Shown piece by piece: positions 23,382 through 37,379 of a DNA stretch of 64,000 nt (position 1 is the first letter of the stretch; every line of letters starts with the position of its first letter). The stretch lies in the NCBI GenBank assembly GCA_964016885.1, contig OZ024745.1:43028001-43092000 (forward strand), in the 5' to 3' direction. This DNA comes from Eledone cirrhosa (Eukaryota). Both the position numbers and the translations under genes were made by a program. Under the pieces are notes generated by a model, which was not told the origin of the DNA, made no database searches, and worked only from the letters and a program-made list of their open reading frames with translations.

Positions 23382-25864
23382 CTGAAAAATAAATAAGCAT
23401 TTAAGTTTCATTATCATCATCATCATCATTTAACATCCATTATAATAATAAATATATAAGGAAAAAATATCTTTGTCTGTAAAGATGAAATCTGGCTATT
23501 GTATATTAAACTATTTATGTATGATGTTCTTAGCACCAATATATTACATCATTTACAAACATCTATGCATTTGTTAATGATTAGAATGGGAAGTGAAAGC
23601 AAGAGGCAAAAAGGCAGAGACAAAGTGAGAGGGAGCACTACTTATACACAAATGCAATCAAACGCACTCCGTGATATACCGCGAACTGTAACTGGTGATG
23701 TTATCAGTAGCGATATTGGTTAATGCAGGTGGCAGTGGTAGTAAGGAGAAGATGAAGACTGTAGTTTGTTTTGTTTTAGTAATATTTATTTTCTTTTTAA
23801 AATATCAATTATTTAACATATGTGCTTTAGGTATTTAACTCTCGACAGCAAAACTGAATATTTTATAAAGAACTGTTTCCACTAACATTAGGTTATTCAA
23901 TGACAATTAACAAAGCACAGCCAGAGTAAAACATTTAATAAGATAGGGATGTACTTGTTACAGTATTTAGTTATTGACAGTTACATGTCTCATTCTAGGA
24001 AGTTAATTCAGGATTTTGTTAGGGTTGTCAGGCAAGGGAATCAAAGAGAAAAAAACTATCACTAAAACCACTGAATGTAAAGATATATTAAATTAATGTT
24101 ATAAATTATGATAAGTATAATTAATGGTATAATGATTCAAATAATACAATGATGAAATAACAAATATGTCAGAACAATTATTGTGTTTGAGTTTTCAACA
24201 ACTGTGGAATTTCCACAGAGCCAACTACTCAATATAAATATACTAACATAGGAAGTGAAGTGGAAAAGAAAATCTTGCATTATGTACCCTCCCTAGGGTG
24301 GTGGATTGGTGGAATTGGTAGAGTGTCAGACAAAATGCTTTGCAATATTTCTTCTGATTCTTTATGCTTGCTCTTTATAGAGTTCAAATCCCATCGAGGT
24401 CAACGTTGCCTTTAAGTGTCGATAAAATAAAGTACCAGTCAAGTAGTGCAGTTGATTTAATGGCTTATTCTTCTCTTAAATTGCTAGCATTGTGTCAATG
24501 TTACATGAATGATACACAGCAAAAACCCTCACTCTAGTAGTAGGTTTCCCAATCTTTGATGACTTCTCATGGCAACTTCACATATACAAAAAATTGCCAA
24601 AACTGCATCACAAATTCCTCTGAATGATAAGAAAATAATTCATCTCTGATCAGTTGCCAATTCTTTATAAACCTCAGGTAAAACACTTACAAAGTAACAA
24701 ACTATTCACATATCCAGGAGGGTACAGCTGCAACATACAATATACAAACATTCTTAACCATTAGCTAGTTGGCAAAGATTCATTCACTAGAGTTGTGTTG
24801 ATCTCCAATAGTCTAATGACAACTTCACATAACATTCCTAAAATAAGTTTCAACAAAACTCAAGATAACAGAGTACTGCTCACATATCCAGGACACTTAT
24901 TTATTTGTTTTATAACAGCTCTTTTATTTCTTTGAACAAACAAACCTCCACTCAATGCACCTGTCTCCCCTTGACTCCAATCCTCAAAACTCCCATTAAA
25001 TAATTTGTCTATTCCTTCCTACCCAAAAGTAGATCCCCTTGAAACTCACTCCCAACTGAAATTTTTCCTACAGGTGTCAATCTGCAGATATTCAAGTTCA
25101 ACATCAACCGCATTGACCTTGTCCATTTGAAGGAGTTTCAAAATTTTTTGACTAATTATGGATGATTATCTCTGTATTTGTTTTTGTATATAATTGGTAT
25201 AAGTACAAAGAAATATAGTACAAAATTTAGTTTTAATTTTTTTAGTTTTATTGAATTCTTCCATTGTTCCAATGAAAAGTTGGAATTTTAGCCAATGACA
25301 CTTTTTGGCACAACTAAGAGACTCCTTCACGAATCTTAAAGGAAATAAAAATAGAGACCACCTAAGATCTCAACTGTAAAAGGATAGAATATTGTAGTAT
25401 AGCCAATCTGACATTTTCAGCCCTGATAACCCTACAATCAGAATTACACCAAATTAGACAGCTAATTATTGACCCTCTTGATATGAATTTATGATACAAA
25501 ACTGTTCATTTTTTAAATGTTTTTCCTTATAATATACATTTCATAATAATTTTTTATTTTAGAAATTTTTCTCAAGTAATGTTCTAAATATCAGCTTATT
25601 AATGAAAAACTTAGTTATTTTATTAAATTCCACCAAATATTTGGTTTCAAAAATTAATTGAAACGCATTGGCAGTCAATGCATTTCCAATAAACAAGGCA
25701 ATGAAAGCGTTAATACTTAAGAAACCTAGATTCTTTCAAAACCATATTTTCTAATAAGAAAATAAATAAATATTTGTGACCATATTAATGAGCATGTACT
25801 GTTGGTAGATGTATGAGTAAGTGAATGAATGAATGCAAATATATAAAATAGGAAGTTTCATCAC

Positions 25865-26001
25865 CTGAGAACATCAGCTTCAAATTCTTCATCAAGCATG
25901 TTATCTAAGAATCGAACGACATTTTCTCTGTTTGATAAATCTTCTTCCATAAACTTATGAAATTTGCCCCACATATTTTTCAGTATAAAATTCAGACATT
26001 T
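25865..26001 (-). CDS. EXD3: EXD3-like exon, KCLNFILKNMWGKFHKFMEEDLSNRENVVRFLDNMLDEEFEADVL
   Basis: 137-nt AG/GT exon, phase 0->2, open in frame with flanking exons. Confidence 0.8.
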
Positions 26002-27531
26002 CTGCATTAATGTATTAAATAGAATAATTGAGATTAACATACCAGTTAAATTAGATTCATAGTAAAGCAGAATAAAATAATGTTTATTGTCTAAGGTCAC
26101 AACAAATACCCTAAAAGAATTAGACCTGTTCTAGAAAAGCATCAATACAACAATGTTCTATAAAAAAAACTAAAAAAAACTGTGAAAGTCATATATATGG
26201 AAAAATTACCATCATATCATGGTCCTATAACATACATTGCAAACCCAATATTAATTTAGAAATTTTAGATTTTAAAAAGATTGAAAAAAAAACTTTTTCT
26301 TCAATTATTTTTGGGCTGATTTGCATTACCTATCATTTTACTACAATGAACAATCCTATCTGAACATCCAGTAAAGTATCTTCTTCAGTCATTCAACTTG
26401 ACTATTATAGCAGGTAAAACTCTCTCAATAAAATTTCATCTATCTTTAAATTGCCTATTACATCAAGTAAATTTCCCTCAATAAACTTTCCTTTAGCTAT
26501 AAAATGTAGACTATTATGTTTTAGGTAATAAGCACTCTTTATTTTATGTCTGAGAAATGGGCAAAAATCCGAACCTTGCTTATAAGCTGAGGCAGTTAAT
26601 CAACATTGTTTAAATGGCACAGTTTTGTCTATTCCCATGAGTGGAGAATATTTTTATGAAGTTTCAATATGCTGATATTTAAAATGTTTTTAGGTGTTGT
26701 TGAGAGTATTATTTTTAAGTCTATTATATAGTGATTTTTTTAACCATTTCATCTATTTCTCAAATTTTTGTTTGTTTCTTTTAGCAGTCAACATTAGGGC
26801 CATCTTTTGAATATAACAGGCTTTTATTTAACATACAAATCGACTGAAACACGTGCCTTAAAAAACTTGCATTATGTGTATGTACCTCTACAGTATAAAA
26901 AATGATTGGCGTTTAATGGCAATCATCATCATCATCACCGTTTTACGTCCGTTCTTCCATGCTAGTATGGGTTACACTTAAAATAATAAACTGTATCAAA
27001 TATAGTAAAGCTGTATCATGTAAAGCAGATATTTTGACGTGATTTTACATAGATTTTGAAGTTGGTGAAAATAGACAAAATATTGATTTGTCATTTAATC
27101 AGAAGGCCAGTAAATTTAGGGGAAGGACAAAGTTTATTAAATCAACCCCAGTACTTGACTGGTACTCTATTTTATTAACAATGGAAGGATGAAAAGAAAA
27201 GCTGACCTTAGTGAAATTTGAACTCAGAATGTAAAGAGCCAGCACAAATACCTCAATGTCATTTTATCTGAGACTCTACCAATTCTGACAATTCACTGCC
27301 CCCAGAATATTGACCACGAATATAAATCTACTTCCAATTCTATTATCAATTTTTTTTGTCACATATTTCTCACCTTATACATGAGTATATATAGTAATTC
27401 TTGTGGCATTATTTAAAGCACCAGTAATGCAGAGGGGTTGATGTAATAGACTTTCCCCTCCCCTAAAATCGTTAGCCTTGTGCCAAAATCAGAAACCATT
27501 ATTTAAGAATAGGCAAGAAACAGATGCTCAC

Positions 27532-27603
27532 TTCTTCAAGACTGCTTGATAACAAACAAGTTTCTTCCGGTTGTGTTGGTTTTTCATTAACTTCAGTAGC
27601 CAT
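27532..27603 (-). CDS. EXD3: EXD3/mut-7-like exonuclease, putative first coding exon, MATEVNEKPTQPEETCLLSSSLEE
   Basis: TTTTCAG acceptor at 27624, ATG at 27603, GTGAG donor; phase 0 fits the next exon; the start codon is inferred. Confidence 0.65.
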
Positions 27604-28004
27604 TGTATGGGAAGAATAAATATCTGAAAATAAGAATAAGTTTGAATCAAATAAATATATTGACTTCTTGAAACCTTACATAAATCTATGACATGCTGAT
27701 ATCTTATGTGAAAAACAGAATGGTTCTCTGTCAATTTTGATTATGAGTGTTCCATCTGTTCGATCAATGGAACAGCCTGCTCATGAAATTAATGTATAAT
27801 TGACTGAGCATTCCACAGATACATGTATCCTTAATACAATTCTCAAGGAGATTCAGCATGACAGTGTCTGTGACAAGGCTGGTCCTTTAAATTTCAGGTA
27901 GAGGCATGTGTGTTGAGTAAGTGATCAAGAGAGAGGAGAGAGAGGGGGATCCAATAGCTGGTGAGTGAATTTCTTCCAGTCAGTCAGTTGACATTTTTTG
28001 AGAT

Positions 28005-28215
28005 GTAGACTAGAATGATAGTGTGTATGTAGTAACTGTCTTATTTCAGATGTTGACAGAGTGTATGTAGTAACTGCCTTATTTCAGATGTTGACAGTGT
28101 GTGTAGTAACTGCTTTATTCTAGATGTGGACAGTGTGTGTGTAGTAACTGCCTTATTCCAGATGTGGACAGTGTGTGTAGTAACTGCTTTATTCTAGATG
28201 TGGACATCTAGAATA
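28005..28215. repeat. Minisatellite, ~5 copies of a ~34-38-bp unit, ending in a hairpin
   Basis: GTGTGTAGTAACTGCCTTATTTCAGATGTTGACA repeats; terminal TTATTCTAGATGT-GG-ACATCTAGAATAA palindrome. Confidence 0.8.
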
Positions 28216-28659
28216 AGAGTTTAACTCTTTTGATACCAAACTGCTTGAAACTGAACCAGTTTCCTTGATCTGAAACTGTTTATCTTAAAGTGCTTATCAT
28301 CATTATCATCGTTTAACGTCCATTTTCAACGTTAATATGGGTTAGATGGGTCATTCCATTTGAGGTAAGTTGGGTCAGGTGACCATGTCTTATTCATATA
28401 GGACTTATATTTATCTGAAAACCTTCCATCATAATTATATGTAAGAACCTTAGTTAAGTCATGTTCCTGACACCATCTTAATAGTGAGAAAGTAGTCATA
28501 TTACTAAATCCAAATTATTTGAAAATCATAAGCTGGAGCTTTTACTAGCAATAGGGTAATGAAAGTATTAATTAAAGAGGGCCTGGGGAGAAATGAACAC
28601 ATTGTTGCTAAAAACCAGTCTTCATAGCAGTGAGAATAATGATAATGGATTCTGATTTA

Positions 28660-29307
28660 AACACATTGCAGGTATTGAACTCAGAATGTAAAGGGATGCA
28701 ACTCTATGTTGCAAAGCATGTTGTCACACACTCTACCAATACTGCCAATCCACCACCCATCACAGCAGTCATAATAATGATAAGGCTTTCTGATTTAGGC
28801 ACAAGTCCAATTTGTGGAGGTGGGGAGTCAATTACATTGACCTCAGCAGGATTTTGAACTCAGAATATAAAGTGTAATGGTATTTCATCTGACGCCTTAC
28901 CATTTCTGCCAATCCACCATTCTCGTGATAATAATTGTTTCTACTATTGGCACAAAGCCAGCAATTACCCAGTACATTACTAGTACTTTATTTTATCGAC
29001 CCCGTAAGGATGAAAGGCAAAGTTAACCTCGGCGGGATTTGAACTCAGAATGGAAAGGGCTGTAACTCTATGCGTCATAGCGTCCGACCCTGATAATAAT
29101 AATCATAATAATGGTTTCTGATTTATGCACAAGGCCAACAATTTTAGGGAAGGGGAAAACATTACTGGTACTTTATTTTATTGACTCATAAGGATGAAAG
29201 GCAAAGCTAACCATAGCAGGATTTGAACTCAGAACGTAAAGGGCCGTAACTCTATGCCGTGTAGCATGGTGTCCGATGCTCTACCGATGCTGCCAATCCA
29301 CCACCTT
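28660..29307 (-). mobile_element. Head-to-tail cluster of ~4 Meta-domain SINE copies or fragments
   Basis: Repeated GGATTTGAACTCAGAA and TGCCAATCCACCA segments (B-box and A-box complements). Confidence 0.75.
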
Positions 29308-30080
29308 AATAATAATAATCATAATAAAGAAAGATAAAGTGGTACATACTGTTATAATGTGCACAATACATATAGTTTGATAAGAGAACTTGCCGGTACA
29401 CTATGTTCTCTCTCTTTCTCCTATAATATGGTGGCTGATCCATCAGTATGTCCCCTCGTTCATCCTGTCTTCTATTTGTTTTCTTTCAGTTCAAAACAAT
29501 TCTATCTCTTTTGGTAGCAGCATCAATCCCTTTCTCTCTTTAGATCTCTTAATCTTCTTCTTTAACTGCCTTATTTTAGTCTGTCAAGCATTTCTACTGT
29601 TGAATACATTCAAAAGAAAGACATTCACTTAATTGACAATTAATTTCAGGCTGTTTAATTGACATGTCTTCCATCTGCTATTTTTTTTATCTCTCTGAAA
29701 CATCAATCAATCTTTTGTTCAAATAGGATGTCTTTGCTCAATTTACTAGACTTCTATTCCTCTCCTAGCTATGAGACTATATAATCACTAGGTTCTACTT
29801 CCAGAACCAATTAAACTACTTAGTAGTCCACCTCTAATAAATTAGGCAAAAATCTACATTACCTTCAAAACTGAGATGTTTAATCAGTGAATCACACCAT
29901 GTACTAGACTTATTTACATTGAATACGCAATATCAAATGTCAACTAGCAGACCTGTGCTATCAATAATGTTGGCAATCCAGGACTACTGGATATCAAACT
30001 GGGAAATTTATTTTGATGAATTAATAGTTTGCATAAGAGAAACCCTATAGTCAATGTTGATTACTGATATGCGGAAGTGA

Positions 30081-30286
30081 TTAACTCTTTAGCATTTACA
30101 TTACTCTATATATACTATTGTATTTTCGTGGTAAAGGATTTATCTCACATAATATCGAAGCTATGACATTTTGATATTATTTATTTTGCAAACAATACCT
30201 TAACATCAGTATGAGTAGCCAGTTTGAATAGAAAGAGGTGAGAGAATTCTGGCCGGATACAACCGGTTTAAATGCTAAAGGGTTAA
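30081..30286. mobile_element. Young TTAA-flanked piggyBac-like MITE
   Basis: TTAAC(T/C)CTTTAGCATTTA...TAAATGCTAAAGGGTTAA; copies at 42713-42941 and 63587-63791. Confidence 0.8.
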
Positions 30287-32804
30287 AGATAGGAAGGATA
30301 TTTGAATAATTTATTTCTAGAATATAATAACACAAATGTTCAGCATATATGTACAAATAGCATACAGTGTTAAATGTAAGAGTAACTTTGGAGAAATAAC
30401 TACTTACAAGGACAAATGTAGGGTTAGAAACCAGGACCTTGTGAACTTATTATTGTAGTAACATGACTGATATAGGAAATATATGCATGTGTATTTTTAA
30501 GTGTACAAATATTTTAAGAGTTACAGACGTATATATATACATATATATATGTACAAACACATATGGCATATTATTATGGTAGATTCGTCTCCAATAAACT
30601 TTCTATGTTTATTCCAATACCTCGTGGTGTGCAGAGGTTTGGTGATGCCCGGGACCAACTCTTTGATTGTATGTCCCTAAAACTCAAGTATAGGGCTTAG
30701 TACTTAGAAATGTGAGCAAGAAGACATTTTAAATATATACAGATGAAACATGAAATAAACACTTCAAATTAATATAAAATCAGCCACATTAGTTTTGTCT
30801 GAGCATACACATCGAATTTTAAATTAATATATTTTTCAGCCTTTTCATCTGGACAGAAAACTGGGCACATATTTTAGATGGGAGCTTGAGAAATCTAAGT
30901 GGGCATATTGAATAGAGGACTCTGCATGACTCTTTGGTTATAAGCTTCCAGCACCTGCCCTGATCAGTCACACCCTTTGCACACCATTGCCATATTCTGT
31001 ATAATTCTGAACATTCCAAATACTAATATCTTTGTCTTAGCTACTTGCACCCATTCTGCCACCATTCTTCCATTCTATAATTTGGAACAAGCAGAGAATA
31101 TGGACTATTCATGTTGTTTTGGAATACTAAATAGTAGTATTAAAAAGAGGGTAGCCACTTGAAGAAATTGGGAGGTTGAAAAAGATGAATGTAACATGGG
31201 AGTGAATTTATTAGTTTGTGCACACTATTGAACATTCTTGTTAAGTCACTGAAAATGAGAAATGGATGCTGATAACTCATAAAGTAATCTGTAAAGAAAT
31301 CATTTAAACAATGATTTTCCATGCAAGCATCAGTTAGATGGGTCTGTAAGGTGTCCCTGTCTTACTTTCTCTTTCTCCACGCTATCTTGCACTTTCCCTC
31401 TTCACTCTTAATCTCTCTTTAATACTCCTCTCTCTAGCGTTTCATTAGATTTGAAAGTTGCAGGCAGAAAATTAATTTATAAATACACTGGCATATATGG
31501 TTCTTAAGACTTAAGTTAATTGTTTTCTAATATGGGTTTTTAGAGAATTCTTTGTCAGTGAGTGAGAGGTACGACAACTCTGGCAAAATGGCCCCTGATC
31601 CAGCTATATTAATGGTGTACTTCGTAGTTATACAAACATTTTCAATAAAAGTTGCAAAAGAAATTGAATGAGTAGAGACTGCAGCCAGAGGCATTCGAGT
31701 CATTTGGGGGAGCTGGGATGCTGACAATGTTCTTGTCATTTTTTGTTGGCTCACGTATCAGGTGCTGCCTGCAAGGGTGCTTGCTGTTATCTGCAGCAAT
31801 GCTGCGAATGTGTTGGCTTACCTAAAACATTATTAGAGGGAAAGTCCAGTGCCACATGTTGTAGCATGCAATTGAGTGTGTGGGTTACCACAAAATAAAC
31901 CTTGCTCAGGCTTGTGCCTCGGAGGGAAACTTTCTAGGTGCAAAACCATGGTCATTCGTGACTGAGTGGGGCCTTATATAGATAACCATTTGGATAACAG
32001 CTTATTAGAGGACACTAATTAAGATGAGTTTTACTTAGGTTTATTTGGAATTCTAGAGATGGAAATAAGAAGACAGAGATATCTCATCTGATTCACTGAA
32101 TTCAATGAGTATATACATGTTGGGGTTAGAGTTCCCTTGGTGGTTCATGTCTGTGTGTTTGCAGAGGATTGAAATAGCATTTAGTGAATGAGAGGCTTAG
32201 GAAAATATTAGTTTTTAATAAAATGTCACATTTAATAGAAAAGAAAATTATTCAATTAGTAACTAATTGTCTTATATGGCATGACAGAATTTTGGACATT
32301 GGACCATAAACTTCTGGAAATAAACAAAGAAACAAAATCTATAAGGAAGTTTGTATATGGTCATTCGACATGTTTCAGTTTGTATGTGGTCATTCGATAT
32401 CCAAACCTCACTCAAAAAGCACCTTACCACCATCTACATAATGCAGTGAGGGGTACATTATACCAGAACAAAAAACGGGATGATCACGGCTGGAATGCCT
32501 TAGATCATAGTTGTCTTGGGGGTGAAACATTCATAAATAATTAACAGAAGCTTTCATACAATGAATTTTTCGTGACTGACTAAAGCAATGATAATACAAA
32601 TTATGTTACTTTTTACGTTTGTAAGTCAACATTTTAGATAGAAGCTAGCTGCCTTTTGCTATTTCTTTCATTGAAGATCACAGATTTGATTTTACAAGTG
32701 ATGAAATTTTTAACTTTAAATTGTAATTTTTAAATGTCCGTATATTTATTTTATTTTCCTAGGTCAGCACTAATAAAGCAGACATGATTAAAAGTGGGTA
32801 TCAT

Positions 32805-33141
32805 TATAGAAAGACACCGCTATTGATTTCAGGGGAAAATAATGTTTTTTGGGAGTGCTATCAATTAAACTTACTTCTTAATATGGGGCAAAGGACGTTT
32901 TTTTTTCCTGGAAAGGGGGTTAGAATTAAAGGGTAAAGAAAACTCCGGGAGGGGAGGGGCAAGTCCTTTGAAGCGAAAGAGAAAAAAAATGGTAAAGAAA
33001 ACTTAAGGATGAGGGAGTCCCCCTTTACCGGGAAAAAAGTCATTTGCATCATATTAAGAAATATGTTTATTTGATAGTAGACGAAAAAAAGGGAAAAAAA
33101 GAAAATATTTCCCTTTGAAATCGGTGGGGGTGTCTTTCTAT
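32805..33141. mobile_element. MITE-like element with ~35-bp terminal inverted repeats
   Basis: TATAGAAAGACACCGCTATTGATTTCAGGGGAAAATA versus TATTTCCCTTTGAAATCGGTGGGGGTGTCTTTCTATA. Confidence 0.6.
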
Positions 33142-34086
33142 ACATTTACCTAAAAGTGCGATCATTTAGTCCTTTTTTTTTTTTTTACATAGTGTATGTA
33201 AAATTACATTATCCAATGTGTCTGGGTGTGTTTTAAAGACGCTGAAGTGTTATTTGAGATGAGGCAATTATTTCTAGCGTGTAAAATGACTGCGCAGAGC
33301 TGCATTGGTTATATTTCTTTGTTTATTTACTATAGTAATGACAAATTAAGTCCCCTTGTTACGAGGTCCATCATCCAAAACTTTTGTCTTTTTAAATGTA
33401 GGTTTCTTTCTTCGCTTTTCATATTCACTTTTGTTTTAATTTTTCATGCGTAATATACGTTCAAACAAAAGTATTACTAGTATAAGTTGAGAATACTGCG
33501 GAAAAGAAGATGAAACTATAAGTGTTGATTATGTATCACTTGTCAACTGATTTGCAAACAAATCTGCAAAATTACGGTTATACGCTTCTGTAGACTTTGA
33601 TTATCTAAAATTAAAGGTTGCTCCTCAATAATTTATAAGAAAATTGGGCAATCGCTTTACAGACGCTAAATTATGAGATTGCAGAAATCTGTTTCTCGTG
33701 ATCATGTAAAAAATCAAGCATGTTTTGGATCGCGCGAATGCACTAAATGCTTATGCTATATCTAATATACATATTGAATGTTTAATTACATATTAATGGA
33801 GCACGGGAATTAAGCAGAAAAAATAGAATATAATGTGGAAATAGATAATATAGCTAGCATGTTGCATTTATCCTCCAATAATTCCAAAATTCGAGCGAAT
33901 GATTTGAGTGTAACGGTACATTACCTGAATAGAGCAAAGATATTAATTAAGAATTCTTATTTTACTAGTCATATTAGTTCATAATGAAAATCAGTGTATA
34001 GTAACGATCAATCACGAATTTGAATTATTGGGAAGATCTGTTTGTAAACAAATTATTAACAAGTACATGAGCAGTTAAATACTTAC

Positions 34087-34200
34087 AGCCGTTTAGCCCA
34101 GACAAATAACGAGCATGCGCAATTGCTACAGCGCAATATAATAATAACGGCTCACGTGGCAAAAATGTCCCCTGTGGGATTTCATTGACAGGTACAGAAA
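34087..34200 (-). promoter_or_regulatory. Probable promoter and first non-coding exon of the EXD3-like gene
   Basis: Locally CpG-retaining unique sequence; GTAAGT donor with GT at 34086-34085; NRF1-like GCATGCGC (34113-34120) and E-box CACGTG (34153-34158). Confidence 0.5.
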
Positions 34201-34217
34201 TTGTGCCTGGCTGTTGT

Positions 34218-34263
<46 letters not shown>

Positions 34264-34297
34264 GGGCAGTCTACGTCCCATCTCTTAGACTTACTGC

Positions 34298-34368
<71 letters not shown>

Positions 34369-34844
34369 ATATGTATACATATATATATTGTTTTTGAATT
34401 TGTGCTGCAAAATTTCTTATCTGGAAACGGGTGTTGAAACAGATATTGTTATACTTTAGGAGGGTCATGCTGCCAATAAAAACACAAGCACCTGTTGATT
34501 TTCACTTCAATTTATTATAAATTTCTGGTTGGTTGGTTGGTTGGCTGGCTGGTTGGTTCGACAACCGGAAAGTTGTTTATATATTGTCAAAGCTCTTTCG
34601 TCACACATTCTGTGACCTCCTCAGTGACTAGGTTTTTATTTTGTGTCTCTTCTTTGTTCTGTCCTACACTATCTTTTTGTGTGTGTTGTATGTTGTGTGC
34701 TTAGTTTGTGCATGTATTACGTCCGTGTGTGTGTGTGATTTTATTTATTTATGTTTATTTACTTGTCACTAGTTGGTTGTTTGTTCTATCTGGGTGTGTC
34801 TGATTTGTTTTGTTAAAATCCTGAAATATCGTGATCTGTTGGCT

Positions 34845-35215
34845 AACTACGTTTGGGGGAGTCGGGCTACTGACTGCTAGGTTCTTATCTTCACTGGTGG
34901 CTTGCCTAACCGAGGTAACTGGTGATGCTCACGAGGGTGCTTGGTTGTTCCAGCGCATTAGCCTCACCATCACCCAAGGTAACACTGCAAGCGTGCTGGC
35001 TTGTCTCAAAAATTATTAGTGATGTTTCCTAATGCTCCTCACAATATTGTTTTTGCTCTGGCAGCAGTTCGTTTTCCCACCCCTTTCACCTCCCTTTTGT
35101 TGTATGTGGTCCTAGATGTATGTTTTACCTGCTTTGCATATATTATATGTGTTTGAGTTTTTGTTCTGTAACCATTATATTATCATATTTTTTATACAAC
35201 TGTAAATAAAAGATT
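34845..35215 (+). mobile_element. 3' end of an RLE-type (CRE-like) non-LTR retrotransposon
   Basis: TFGG.G..TARFL...TGDAHEGAWLFQRISLTITQGNTASVLAC resembles the C-terminus of restriction-like-endonuclease LINEs; second decayed copy at 52555-52700 (-). Confidence 0.6.
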
Positions 35216-35399
35216 TTCTAATATTATTTTTAAAAAAACGAAAACAATCAAACACAAAAGTTAATATATCTGTGTATTTGCATTGATTCTGCCAACACAC
35301 AATTGGATTAGTATCTCTGTGCGATCTCTTGCCAAGTTAAGATAAATATATTTAGTTTTAACCAGCTTATTACCCTCTTTCCCTTTATTATTCTCAGTA

Positions 35400-35588
35400 A
35401 CGGTGGATTGGCAGTATCGGTAGAGGGTCGGACGCCATGCTTTCCAGCATAGTTACGTCCCTTTACGATCTGAGTTCAAATCCCGCCGAGGTTGACTTTG
35501 CCTTTCATCCTTACGGGGTCGATAACATAAAGTACCAGTAATGCACTGGGTAATTGCTGGCCTTGTGCCTAAAGTAGAAACAATTATT
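35400..35588 (+). mobile_element. Young Meta-domain tRNA SINE
   Basis: Intact A and B boxes, CpGs retained; ATTATTCTCAGTAAC repeated on both flanks (target duplication). Confidence 0.88.
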
Positions 35589-37009
35589 CTCAGTAACTAA
35601 TTAAATTAACTATCACTATTTCTAACCTAACACCTCCCTCCCACTACCAGTAAAAACACATGCACTATAGGACTTTCACTTGTATTATCATTAGTTGTTG
35701 GTTAATTTGTCATAGTTCTTTCTGTGACTTCTTCAGGGATCATTTCTTCTTCTTTGTGTCTCTTCTTCTTCCTGGTCTCATTCTGTTTACTCCCTCCTCT
35801 CTTTGCTATATTTAACAGAAGTGGTAGTGAGGGTTGTAATTGTATGTTATTCATGTTTGGATGTGATAATGTTTTTCTATGTGCAATAATTATTTTTTGC
35901 TCTTGAAGTAGATAAATTTGGTGAATGTTTTTGTGGTCTTTGTAGAATCAATGAAGAATTTTCCCAAACTATTGAATTTGTAGGGTGGAGACTTGGGCTT
36001 TGTATGTGGAGGACTTATGAAGATTGGAAAGAAATGAGGCGAGTATGCTCTGATGAATGTGCAATACATGAGCAATGAAGCATCAATAAACTGAGGGGAA
36101 AAGTGCACATAAGAGGCCTCAGGTGCAGTGAGGAGGAGATAAAATTGTGAGGGTATGAAAGATGACAGCTGCATAAAGAGATGCAGAGCACTTGAAGTCA
36201 AAGGAACCTTTGAAATGAGAAGGCCTAAGTAAACGTGGGATGACCATGGATTAAGAAAACTGGTGATATTTCATAATACTGGAAACTTGCCTTCTAATAG
36301 TGGGGTGAAACGAACACAAGGAAAATGGCCCCCACCTGTCCATATACTTCTCCCTGAACCCCTTCCACCCTAAACTCAAAGCATAGAGATGGTACAATAC
36401 TCAGGTTCCCCCACCTCTACCTGCCCATGTACTCCTGACTTCCTCATTCAACTCATGGAAAGTTAGGATGCACCTTAACTGATTCACCTTCCTTGCCAAA
36501 TCCTTTTACCACCCACACTTTCCCTGTCCAAACCAGGCCACCACAGAAAGTCAAGCACACCCCATGATCTGGAACCTCCACTCACCCACCCATTGCAAAT
36601 AGCCTAGAAAATGTCCCTTGCCACAGATGCACATTTAGGCTATCAATGGAAGCCAGGTACACTCCACAATATTTCAGACACCATCTACTTGTTTCATGGC
36701 CACCATACCAATTTCCACCAGGTGATCCTTGGATGTCCTGCCTTCCATTCCCCTCTAGATTCCAATCCAATGCTTGCTTTACCAAACATCCATCAGGCCC
36801 ATCCATCTTAACTTGCTATTAGTTGGTGTTTAGATGTTGTGATTCCAATATTCTAGCAGCATACTGTAATAAAATCAGTATGATTTTGAAATAGCAGTTG
36901 TCTTAAATAATCTTGATCTTGTGCAAGCATCCGCCTTTGAACCTAATATTGGCATTTCTTTTCTTGTGGAATTGATTACTATCTTGATGCTGTATATGGA
37001 AAACAGTAT

Positions 37010-37326
37010 TGATAGATAACTTGATTCTGTTCATATGAAAGACAGTAGTGTTAGATGACTTGATCCTCTTAATATGGAAGACATTACTGTTAGATGACTT
37101 GATTCTCTTAGTATGGAAGACAGCATTGTTAGATGACTTGATTCTCTTATGTATGGAAGACAGTACTGTTAGATGACTTGATTCTGTTATGTATGGAAGA
37201 CAGTACTGTTAGCTGACTTGATTTTGCTGTGCCTGGAAGACAGTACTGTTAGATGACTTGATCCTCTTAGTATGGAAGACAGCATTGTTAGATGACTTGA
37301 TCCTGTTATGTATGGAAGACAGTACT
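37010..37326. repeat. Minisatellite, ~8 copies of a 39-40-bp unit
   Basis: AGACAGTACTGTTAGATGACTTGATTCTGTTATGTATGGA variants. Confidence 0.88.
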
Positions 37327-37379
37327 GTTAGCTGACTTGATTCTGCTGTGCCTAGAAGACAGTACTTTTATTAGCGTTA

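Noticed and set aside
29347-29620. Additional upstream coding exon of EXD3
   Set aside because: A donor-like site is present but there is no sustained frame or homology; it might be a UTR exon
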